Of a stretch of DNA of 64,000 nucleotides, positions 32,535-41,376 are shown in pieces. The notes beneath the pieces are model-generated. The model was not told the origin of the DNA. It searched no databases and saw nothing but the letters and a program-made list of their open reading frames with translations. Source of the stretch: an uncultured virus (IMG/VR IMGVR_UViG_2718217648_000002) (taxonomy: Duplodnaviria > Heunggongvirae > Uroviricota > Caudoviricetes). Made by a program: the position numbers and the translations under genes. The stretch is from positions 1 through 64,000 of the IMG/VR virus record IMGVR_UViG_2718217648_000002; one strand, written 5' to 3'. Within the stretch, counting starts at the first letter, position 1, and the number at the start of each line of letters is the position of its first letter.

Positions 32535-35500
32535 CTAATTAAAAAAGAATCCAAATGAATACTCATCATCGGATTCTTCCTTTTCTAAAAATAAAGCTAT
32601 GTAATACAGCGCATAAGCAATTGCACTGTACCTATCCTTATCAATTCTTTTTACAACTTGCTCAACAGTGAAAGAATTCTGTGTCTTTTTAATTCTGAGG
32701 TTTGCTACTTCGTCAATAAACAATTGAGTTTGAATACATGCTGCTTCAATCATTACATCATCAGATATGCTTTTTTGGTTCTTGATGTCATCATAGGATT
32801 TAAGCAACTTCAATTTTCCGGACTCAACATAATCCAGGAATTGAGTAATAATGTCTTGGTTAATACCTTGGGATTTTAGGTTGTAAACGATTTCCGGCGA
32901 ATTTGGGACATCTGGCTTTTGATCAGTGTTTATTGTGGCCCAGCATCCAAGTTCTTCATTGGTCTCCGGATCCGTAACATCCTCTAATAACCGGTCGATT
33001 AAACCGCCACCGACTCCGTTTCCATCGACAATAACAGCTTTAACTCTTGAGAGAGAAGTATCTTGATTTCCTCCATAGTTTTTGAAAACTCTTTTTACCA
33101 TGATTGATTGTTCTTTAAAACTCAATCCGTTTGGTGGCTCTATAATATTGACCACTTGAACTTGCCTAATGAGGTTATTGCTGTTTCTGATTATCTTCAA
33201 AACAACGATAGCTGTTTTATTGTTTGATTCAGCCGCAGAGCGGGCTACGTCTACCCCGATTACATATTCATGTAGCAAGAAGTTCTTATTTTTATCTCTA
33301 GGACAAGAAAGTTCAGGGTGGGTAATTGTCCGAGCTTTGATCAATTTACTGATATTAATCAATGCGCCGTCACTTGCACCAATCCAGTCACAAAGGTAAT
33401 TCTGACGGAAGCGAGTTACATTCCCTTGTCGCGCTTTATTAATAACAGACATTTTTTGACGACCAAAGTGAATAGGAATGCGCCAATCTGATCCGAATAC
33501 AAAGGATCCTTTAAGATCACCAGTTTCCTTAACCATCGTAAGGATTTTTTCGTACTCATCTGAGTTTTTATATCCTGATGTGGAGAACCGGTTAATCTGC
33601 CCATTTAATTCAGCAGGATCTATTTCGCCAGTCATGGTTGTACGAGGGATGTTAAAAATCGGCTCGATAGCATCATCGTATAAATCTTTATCAATCAAGG
33701 CAGATTCCTCTAAGGAGCCACGTCTTCTACGTAAACCCTTAGATGATTGGGCGTTTGCCAGGTTATCGATGATCGCCCCGTTTTGAAATTCAACTCGACC
33801 ACTGTCTTTTGAAAAGTTTTCACTCTTGATTTCATCTTTAATGGAAGGGTAAAACCTTAAAATTTCCTCGTGCTTTTCTTTCCAAATTTTCACCGCTGAT
33901 TCCTTTGTAGAAGCGGTAATGGCTAACGTTACATTAGGAAAGCAAATAGCTGTATGGTATGCAACCATGATCTGGGTCAATGTATTATGACTAACTAATC
34001 CATTACTTACAAATGAGTTGGTTAAAGGCATATATAGATCATAAACGTAGTTCTCAGAGTCTTCTGTTTCAATTACTTTAGTGTAATAGTAATTAGAATC
34101 ATAAAGCTCTACTAAATGGTTGAATTCATCGCTATCTTTATTATCAAAACGCTCATTTTCACTTAATAATAGTGATAATTTTTCGTAAGTAAGATCATTA
34201 GATCCTTTAAGAACATGATAAAATTTATCTCTTGTTTTACCTTTAGGATAAATTGCTATAATGTTATCTTGCTGATAAGGGATGACATCTTTATTTGGAT
34301 TGCGATTTTTGTTACATATTGATATAAGTTTTTCTTGCTTTCTTGAACAACTAAATCCAATTTCCCGTAAAAAAAGATCAATATTCTTTGTAGAAATATT
34401 GATCTTATAATGATAAGTATTAAATTTTTTATTTAGATATTTTTTTCTGAAAGAAATAATACCAAAGTTTAAAAGTAACATTTGAACTTGTTTACTCATT
34501 TTTTCTGATGCAGTGCAAAATTGTACGCTTTTATTTGTCACACATCCATCGGTATCAAATAGACCTTGTATTGTTTTTGCAACAATATTTTTAGGTGCTT
34601 TAAGTATAATTTTAGGTATTTCCTTACCAAAAGCATCTTTTTCTTCCAGTCCTAACTGTCTGAAGAATTCTCGAATGAGCTTACCAAATACGATAAAATT
34701 AATTCTATCTTTTTGCTTAACTGCAATACCTAATACGTTGTTAAAATAATCTATATAATTATTTAATATATCTTCGTCTTCATTTGTAAAAAGTATTGAA
34801 TTGTTTCTAGTCAAGCAACCATCACCAAGAAGATAACCAATAATTAATGCTAATTGTTCATCAATGTATTCTGGAATATTGAATTTGTTTCTTTCTACTT
34901 GCCATCTGCCTTGATTGCTAAATCCATTTAAGAAATCATCAAAGCTTACATTTAGCTTTGTTTCACTTCCAAATACATTATTGTTTCTTGAAATAGGTAA
35001 TAAATCTCCAACTTTAATTTCACTAGAATTTTTGTATCTTAGTTTTCCATCTTCACACATTACTAATACTGGGTGATTTAAACTTGCTTCCAAGTCATAG
35101 CCATCTTGAGTTTTGATTTTCTTCGTTTTCTTGAATCCGCTTGATATGCCGGCCATAGAAGTTTCCATTAGACCATATCTGTTTTTCATTGAGATTTTAT
35201 GTATTGTTTCAACTTCAGACTCTTTTTTTTCGTAATTGAATAGTTCGCCAATTTCTACTAATCCATTTTCAGTAAATAAAACTGTGTCTCCTGCAACACA
35301 TTTTGATCCGCCACGTGGAATACAGAAGTAGTTCTGAGGGAAGCGACTGAGTGTTCTCATCATAACTCTTTGGTATAAATCCAGCTCAATTCCGCCGACT
35401 TCGGGTTTCAACATATCGTAAAAAATGTCTGGATAAAAACGAATAAATGAGGTGAACTCAGCCCATTTGGAGATATTCTTGCCAATGAAGTTTGAATTGT

Positions 35501-35600
35501 CATCTGGATTCAGAGGGGTTTCAAAAGCTGCGTCGTAAATATCTGTTCTGTTTTTTGTGTGCTTCTTGTTTTTCGAGGTGAAGTTTTTATAACTAGCCAT
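32535..35600 (-). CDS. yonF: Terminase large subunit containing an intein (582 aa after splicing)
   Basis: Walker A RGGSK/T split by intein, GLRRRRGSLEES, GVDVAR, IVDGNGVG, KDRYSA nuclease motifs. Confidence 0.9.
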   Translation of the reverse strand: MASYKNFTSKNKKHTKNRTDIYDAAFETPLNPDDNSNFIGKNISKWAEFTSFIRFYPDIFYDMLKPEVGGIELDLYQRVMMRTLSRFPQNYFCIPRGGSKCVAGDTVLFTENGLVEIGELFNYEKKESEVETIHKISMKNRYGLMETSMAGISSGFKKTKKIKTQDGYDLEASLNHPVLVMCEDGKLRYKNSSEIKVGDLLPISRNNNVFGSETKLNVSFDDFLNGFSNQGRWQVERNKFNIPEYIDEQLALIIGYLLGDGCLTRNNSILFTNEDEDILNNYIDYFNNVLGIAVKQKDRINFIVFGKLIREFFRQLGLEEKDAFGKEIPKIILKAPKNIVAKTIQGLFDTDGCVTNKSVQFCTASEKMSKQVQMLLLNFGIISFRKKYLNKKFNTYHYKINISTKNIDLFLREIGFSCSRKQEKLISICNKNRNPNKDVIPYQQDNIIAIYPKGKTRDKFYHVLKGSNDLTYEKLSLLLSENERFDNKDSDEFNHLVELYDSNYYYTKVIETEDSENYVYDLYMPLTNSFVSNGLVSHNTLTQIMVAYHTAICFPNVTLAITASTKESAVKIWKEKHEEILRFYPSIKDEIKSENFSKDSGRVEFQNGAIIDNLANAQSSKGLRRRRGSLEESALIDKDLYDDAIEPIFNIPRTTMTGEIDPAELNGQINRFSTSGYKNSDEYEKILTMVKETGDLKGSFVFGSDWRIPIHFGRQKMSVINKARQGNVTRFRQNYLCDWIGASDGALINISKLIKARTITHPELSCPRDKNKNFLLHEYVIGVDVARSAAESNNKTAIVVLKIIRNSNNLIRQVQVVNIIEPPNGLSFKEQSIMVKRVFKNYGGNQDTSLSRVKAVIVDGNGVGGGLIDRLLEDVTDPETNEELGCWATINTDQKPDVPNSPEIVYNLKSQGINQDIITQFLDYVESGKLKLLKSYDDIKNQKSISDDVMIEAACIQTQLFIDEVANLRIKKTQNSFTVEQVVKRIDKDRYSAIAYALYYIALFLEKEESDDEYSFGFFFN
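33984..35300 (-). mobile_element. Intein with LAGLIDADG homing endonuclease, 439 aa
   Basis: Begins CVAGDT (Cys1), ASLNHP block B, IIGYLLGDG and IQGLFDTDG motifs, ends VYDL...SFVSNGLVSHN followed by Thr+1. Confidence 0.95.
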
Positions 35601-36607
35601 TAATCTTCATCACCTGTGTCATAAAGAGGTTCTTTGTACACATTCTCCAAGTCTCTGAAAACATTGTTGCGAGCACTCTTTAGTTTATCAATTTCTTCAG
35701 GCGACAATCCTTTTGATTTGAAGTCTTCTTCAAGCATTTCATCATAAAAATGGTAAATGTCTTTGTAATCGACTTTTTCCTTATCTTCGAGCCTTCTGTA
35801 ATAATTTATAATCGCCCAAATGATTAGATCAGCGTCATCATATGGTTGGGCTGCTAAACGAGGAAGAAGGGGGATAATGCCCAATTCTGTTTCAACGGCT
35901 TCAAATAATTGAGAAAGTACATCGACTCCACCACTGATATCGCTCTTACTTAACTGAGATACATTAATTTTTGCATCTGTAGCTGCCTTTGAAGCTAATG
36001 AACCCCATTCTTTAGCTTCTTTTACATCACCTTTAGCAGTTGCTAATTCCTCTTTTACACGGAAACGAATATATGAAAGCAAGCCTTCAGTATGAAGTGT
36101 GGTTTTTTCTCCGTAATTTCGAATAAGTTTATTGTATTTTCTTTCAAACTGACGGTACTCATCGGGGGTGTAACCAATACCCCATTTATCAATCAGGTCA
36201 TCTGGAATTTCAGATTGGCTAACACCAGAATTGTTTGTAGGCGTAGATTCCTCTATAAGTGGCTTCTCTGGTTGTCTTTCAAAAACACTGTCTTTATAAC
36301 CAGTACCGTTAAACTGCTTCAATGAATTAGCCATTGTCATATAAGCACTAAATGTATCTGTTTTTCTCTTTTCAGCTTGTTCCCAATACAACGGATCAAA
36401 TTTAACATCGATCTGCTGTAAGACTGTATATATTGACTCAATATTGCTGTAATCAATGTTTTTCTTCAAGCAAGTCTTGCAAATAGGGACTTTTCCTGTT
36501 TTCTCATACAGACTACTTCGTGAATTATAGAACCCCGACTCTTTGTCCTTTTCTTTTTGACAAGCAGCACAGATCAATTTTTCCTTTTCTTTAGCTTTTC
36601 TTGGCAT
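35600..36607 (-). CDS. Probable terminase small subunit with N-terminal CxxC..CxxC Zn finger (YonG position)
   Basis: Start MPRK after GGAGGTG RBS; coupled to large terminase. Confidence 0.65.
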   Translation of the reverse strand: MPRKAKEKEKLICAACQKEKDKESGFYNSRSSLYEKTGKVPICKTCLKKNIDYSNIESIYTVLQQIDVKFDPLYWEQAEKRKTDTFSAYMTMANSLKQFNGTGYKDSVFERQPEKPLIEESTPTNNSGVSQSEIPDDLIDKWGIGYTPDEYRQFERKYNKLIRNYGEKTTLHTEGLLSYIRFRVKEELATAKGDVKEAKEWGSLASKAATDAKINVSQLSKSDISGGVDVLSQLFEAVETELGIIPLLPRLAAQPYDDADLIIWAIINYYRRLEDKEKVDYKDIYHFYDEMLEEDFKSKGLSPEEIDKLKSARNNVFRDLENVYKEPLYDTGDED

Positions 36608-36715
36608 TGGTTCACCTCCAAAATTTTGGTTCAAAAACACGTTTTATAAAACGCCCAGCAATAGAGAGGGAGTCGAGATTTCTCAAATCATCACTGGACG
36701 TTCTAAAAAAGTATT

Positions 36716-37216
36716 TTATTTATAAGTTAAGGCACCGTTTTCGGACAAAACAACCTTGGTTCCTTTTAAGGTATCAGCAAGAGCATCCAGCAAACCTTTT
36801 CCAATACCGTTTGCATCAATTATTAACTTACTCGGTCGTTTGTCTATAATAATGGCTTTTATTTGACTAGCCTGATGTTTAAACGTTCCATGCTCCACTT
36901 TCTTAGAGATGTCCTCAATACGGGAATTATTTAAATCAATAATTAAAAAGGTTGTTTCTTCTCTTCTAGGATTAATTACAGCAATTCTTTCAGGATTGTA
37001 GCCCGTGCTCAATGTGTAGCTAGTTCCGTTTAAGGGTTTAGTAGAGAATTTGACGTCTCGGTTCAATTGTTCACTTTTAGTGTTTTTCTCAAATCCCAGG
37101 CTTTTATGCAGACTTGTCAGGGCGTCTTTTAATTCCCTGTTACACAGATAACCACTATCATTAATTTCTTTTAGCAGCTTTACATATTCCCAAAGAATTT
37201 TAGTTTCTTCTTTCAA
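36716..37216 (-). CDS. yonH: YonH-like protein
   Basis: 166 aa; IIDANGIGKG resembles the terminase nuclease motif IVDGNGVGGG. Confidence 0.6.
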   Translation of the reverse strand: MKEETKILWEYVKLLKEINDSGYLCNRELKDALTSLHKSLGFEKNTKSEQLNRDVKFSTKPLNGTSYTLSTGYNPERIAVINPRREETTFLIIDLNNSRIEDISKKVEHGTFKHQASQIKAIIIDKRPSKLIIDANGIGKGLLDALADTLKGTKVVLSENGALTYK

Positions 37217-37364
37217 TCTTCCTCATCCTCATCTTTATAAAATTAAAGTTTTATATTAATTAACAATCAAATTTACTAGAGTGCTCTTACTTTCAGGGGA
37301 CAGGTTGTCCCACTGCACTGCTAATATTTCTATAAAATCGTTTGCAGACATAGGATCATTCCTT

Positions 37365-38564
37365 TTACTTTTCATTTTTAAAGCGAATTATGTATGTAGC
37401 CTCAATACCTGCATCATCAAAAACCATAAATTTTTGAGAAGGTTTTGTGCCAAACCGACCTTGCATAGCATAATCATCCGCACCAACAAGCGCTCCGTTT
37501 ACTACAACGGTTGTGCTGCCGTACTCTTTTTCATAATTGTGATGAATATGACCACCGAATATGTAAGAAGGGATGTAGCCAAGTAATTGAGGTAATCGTG
37601 TTACACACTGATCAACACGATCGTAGTGTCCGTGCACAAACACGACTTCCTGATTGTTGATTTTAGCGGGGATGAATCCGTCTTGCTCAGGTTCAATGGA
37701 GATGTTCTCTATGTTCTTTAATCTGGCTTCAAGATACCAATTAATGAGGTATTCAAAGTTTTCTTTAATCCCTACATCATTTTTAGAAGGGGAGAGGCGA
37801 CCGTGATTACCTGCCACGTTGTAGAACTTAACCTCTTGAAACTCACTTGCCAACATCGCTAAAACCTCGGCAAGCGTTTCTGATACATATTTAATTTGTT
37901 CTACAGCATCTTCATTGGCCTGAACTCTTGTAGACACATGAATAAGACCTCCGATTAAATCACCGAGATTTGCTACATGCAGTGTGGAAACATGATTCTG
38001 CTTACCATACTCAATCACTTTGTTGGTGAGATGTTCTACACGTTCATTAAAGATTTCTTTATTGAATTTATTTATGCGGTTGTCGATTTCCATTCCGAAG
38101 TGCCAATCACTGAATAGAGCGAGTCCATGTTTTTCAGCAATAGCAGGTGATGGGAAGGTGAAGCGAAGGGGTCTTTTTGACTCTAAAGATGCAATAGCTT
38201 GTACGACATCATCTTTAATTTGTTCAAACCGTGCTTGATTGGCAATGAATTTCCGATATTCTCTTTTTTGATCTCGTGCTTTGATTGTTTGTTTTTCGGA
38301 TTCAATGCGAATTTCTTCATGTTTTTGTTGAACTTCTTTGTTCATATTCTTTGAGATAAAGTAATCGTGCCAGCGCTCAAATTGTTTAAAGTCTTTACGC
38401 CATTTGCTTTCATCATAGTTGGTTCCCTGATCCTTGTTTAAAAGGGCAGCAATTGTTTTTGTGTCAATGTGATAAGTGTCTTTGTTTTTGAAAAGTCTGA
38501 TATGATAATCAGTAAATGATTCGTCTTTTTCTCGTTGTAAAACAGTATCTAAAATAGCTGTCAT
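37365..38564 (-). CDS. yonJ: Calcineurin-like metallophosphoesterase
   Basis: SDWH, LGD, GNHGR, HGH, GHIHH motifs. Confidence 0.85.
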   Translation of the reverse strand: MTAILDTVLQREKDESFTDYHIRLFKNKDTYHIDTKTIAALLNKDQGTNYDESKWRKDFKQFERWHDYFISKNMNKEVQQKHEEIRIESEKQTIKARDQKREYRKFIANQARFEQIKDDVVQAIASLESKRPLRFTFPSPAIAEKHGLALFSDWHFGMEIDNRINKFNKEIFNERVEHLTNKVIEYGKQNHVSTLHVANLGDLIGGLIHVSTRVQANEDAVEQIKYVSETLAEVLAMLASEFQEVKFYNVAGNHGRLSPSKNDVGIKENFEYLINWYLEARLKNIENISIEPEQDGFIPAKINNQEVVFVHGHYDRVDQCVTRLPQLLGYIPSYIFGGHIHHNYEKEYGSTTVVVNGALVGADDYAMQGRFGTKPSQKFMVFDDAGIEATYIIRFKNEK

Positions 38565-38575
38565 TCAGTCACCAC

Positions 38576-38761
38576 CTACTCATTGATTTGTGGAAGTTCG
38601 TCTTCTTCGGTAATAGAAATTTTCACTTTCCGACCGTCAAATGATTTTAAAATAGAATTCAGATCATAACGCTCGATGTCTGTTTTTGTTTCTTCTTCAA
38701 TAATCCCATCAATGTAAGTATAGTTACCTTTTAAATTTACTGTATGAACTTTCTTAGCCAA
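38576..38761 (-). CDS. yonK: YonK family protein
   Basis: AKKVHTVNLKG... sequence; TTG start after GGAGG. Confidence 0.8.
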   Translation of the reverse strand: MAKKVHTVNLKGNYTYIDGIIEEETKTDIERYDLNSILKSFDGRKVKISITEEDELPQINE

Positions 38762-39155
38762 ATTAAATTCCTCCAATATTTGTTTTATTTACGTACAATA
38801 AGCTCCTTCGGAAGCCCGATGATCCGAAACATCGGTAACGTCCGAAAAGGGGATATAAGGAGATGAAAATATGAGTCGGATAGGCGTTGGGGAAACGCCC
38901 GAAGGAGATTATTGAAAACTTGCGTACCAGAAGTCTCGTAAGGACATTCCGGCTGATCAGTAAAGTAAAACGCAAGCACAAAAAGACCTCCGCCGTAGGG
39001 TGCGGAAGCCTCGTTCTGATTGCGTCTATACACCGAGATCAGGACGCATCCCTTACTCGCTCGCTTCTCTGCCGGACAATGCCGGATGTATAGTTGGCGC
39101 TGTTGGCTTTTAGCAAGCTGCGATAGCTTGACACGCCGCCTTGGCTATTCGTTTA

Positions 39156-39294
39156 TTATGCGGACGAGGATTTGCACCTCGCATGGACGAATTTCAACAA
39201 CCGTTAGCCAAACCGACTATTAAGTAGCCCGTTGTCTACCTCACAGCATCGTCCTTATGTTCGTCTAAGCGTCTACCTATTCCGCCACCGCATC
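39156..39294 (-). ncRNA. tRNA-like element lacking a normal anticodon loop (~139 nt)
   Basis: ATGCGG/CCGCAT acceptor-like stem, D arm TGGCGGAATAGGTAGACGC, T arm CGAGG-TGCAAAT-CCTCG, GACGAA/TTCGTC stem enclosing ~70 nt insert; no encoded CCA. Confidence 0.65.
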
Positions 39295-39444
39295 GTTAGG
39301 TTTTAAGACACTCGATTCTAAGATTACCTGCGCTTGATTATACGCTTCCTCATAATCGCCGCTCTTAAACTCGTCTAATTTTTCCCGGAATTCTCTATGA
39401 CGTTTTAAGTAAGCGTCTTTGTCGAATTTAATACGTATCGGCAT
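39277..39444 (-). CDS. Small hypothetical protein, 55 aa MPIRIKFDKDAYLKRHREF...PNDAVAE
   Basis: GGGAGG RBS plus ATG; stop lies within D loop of tRNA-like element. Confidence 0.55.
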   Translation of the reverse strand: MPIRIKFDKDAYLKRHREFREKLDEFKSGDYEEAYNQAQVILESSVLKPNDAVAE

Positions 39445-40847
39445 TTTCGTCCTCCCTTGAAAAATATACGAAATTAGCGTTTTTTTACATAATATTCATT
39501 AACTCACGTAGGTACGCAAAATCGACAGGGAATACGCTGATTACGGGTTCATCGTTCGAAATCTTTGTAAGTCGAAAATAACAAAAGACGCCAAATAACG
39601 TCTTCAGAAACTCCTTGTACATCATGGTACATGAGCATAAAAGGCTGGTTATCGCTGTGCGAAATCCAGCTGGCTCCTTCTACACCTGGCAGATGAGCTA
39701 TGATAACAAAAATACACGCTTTAAGGGACGTGTTAAAATTCCTATTACCTTTACATCTTATATATCAAGTTTTTATGTTGCTTGCCAACTGCTCAGTAGA
39801 GTCTGAGAGCCAAGGGAAAAATAATTTGAGAAGGAAGACCCTAATAAGCCTTCTCAATGGCATTTTAAATGCTCTTGTCGGGTTACACGCCTTATTGAGA
39901 AACAAAGCGTCTCAAACGCTCGCCATTTATTTTGCACAGTTTTCTCTGACCCGTGTAAGGAGGTATGTGCATGGGAAAGGTAAGTCTCCATACAGAACAT
40001 TGAAGGAGATGAAGTGAAATAAAGTGAACGTGTTGCTAAGTGAAATTGAAAAGGCAAGACCGAAAATAATCCTTTTCTGTGAAATGGGAGCGGTGATCAA
40101 TCGCCCAAAAACCATCTCACTTATTTTGCGAGGGGATGTAATTACAAAAAGCCTCGCTAACCCGGAAAAATTTTTATGTGACCGCATAATAAGCATCAAA
40201 GCTTACAAGGGCATTATTTAAAGGGAAGGGAGACGCATCTACCTTACCTAAGTGCAAGCCGAAGCAATACACCGCAATTAATATTCAGGCTATATGCCAC
40301 CCATAATAAGACCCTGATGGGATTCAGTCGCAATTTGCAATAATGCGTTAAGTCTTACCGACATTTTTAGCCCGATAATAGCCATTTACCTGTCTCTTTT
40401 TAGATACAGACATGCGAGTTAACCTCGAACCCTCATAAGTGACCATTATCCGACTAACTACAATGACCAGTTGTAGCTGTAAAGTCGAATTTAATGCTTT
40501 TGTTCGTATGAAAGTGAGAATAGCAATGTTTAGAAAAAGCTTAATCCACGATGGGGCAATACCCCGCTAATATCCACTTATCCAAAACCCTGGCATCCAA
40601 GACCTCAAACAAATGAATATTAGCGGAGAACTGATATCCCACATATCAGTAAACAGCTTATTATTGACGACACCCCCATGCCATCAATAAAAGAACTCTA
40701 ATTAATAAACCTGGAGATGAATACATGAAAAAAGAGGGGAGGTCGACAATTTCCTCCATAACTTCTAACTCTGCCACTTTTAGGAGCATAAGCTCTATGT
40801 GACAAAGGCGTGCAGGAAGCCTTTCCTGTCGTCCTCAGTAAATTTTA

Positions 40848-41123
40848 TTAAGCTTTCACTGCGTCTTTTAGAGCTTTAGCAGCCTTGAAGGCAGGTGCCT
40901 TTGTAGCTGGAATATCAATTTCCTCACCCGATTGCGGATTTCTCCCTTTACGAGCTGCACGTTCACGAACTTCAAACGTTCCAACTCCTGGAATCTTGAT
41001 TGATTCACCTTTTGTTAGTGCTTCAATGATGACATTAAATACTGCTTCCACTTTAGGTGCAGCTTCTTTCTTAGTAACTCCTAATTTTTCTGCAACTTCT
41101 CCAACAAATTCTGTTTTGTTCAT
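40848..41123 (-). CDS. yonN: Phage HU-like DNA-binding protein
   Basis: MNKTEF...GTFEVRERAARKGRNPQSGEEI.IPA.K.P.FK HU signature. Confidence 0.95.
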   Translation of the reverse strand: MNKTEFVGEVAEKLGVTKKEAAPKVEAVFNVIIEALTKGESIKIPGVGTFEVRERAARKGRNPQSGEEIDIPATKAPAFKAAKALKDAVKA

Positions 41124-41376
41124 GTTTTAATTCCTCCTAGTGATTTTGTTTATTTTTGTGTTAAAGTATAATTACGGTATCGTTTGTGCTTCTTTTGAAA
41201 AAATGGGAGACGTACTCACCCTTATATGTGGAAATTAGCTTTCTTTCTCCCTTATGGCGATTATCTCAAAAAGGGCTTTCAGACCAGTTATATCAAGGGT
41301 TCAAGGGGATTTTTTCGTTAAACTTTTTCCGGTAAAATCGCTGTACCCCTTGGGGGAGTAAGGCTCAATACACTTT

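Noticed and set aside
38815..38836. Hammerhead-like CGATGA..GAAA
   Set aside because: Core is not CUGAUGA and stem order does not fit
39156..39294. Functional tRNA-Leu, intron-containing tRNA or tmRNA
   Set aside because: No 7-nt anticodon loop, insert too short for a group I intron, no tag frame, no CCA
38763..40221. Overlapping 63-105 aa ORFs on both strands
   Set aside because: No good RBS or recognisable motifs; region better explained as structured non-coding sequence
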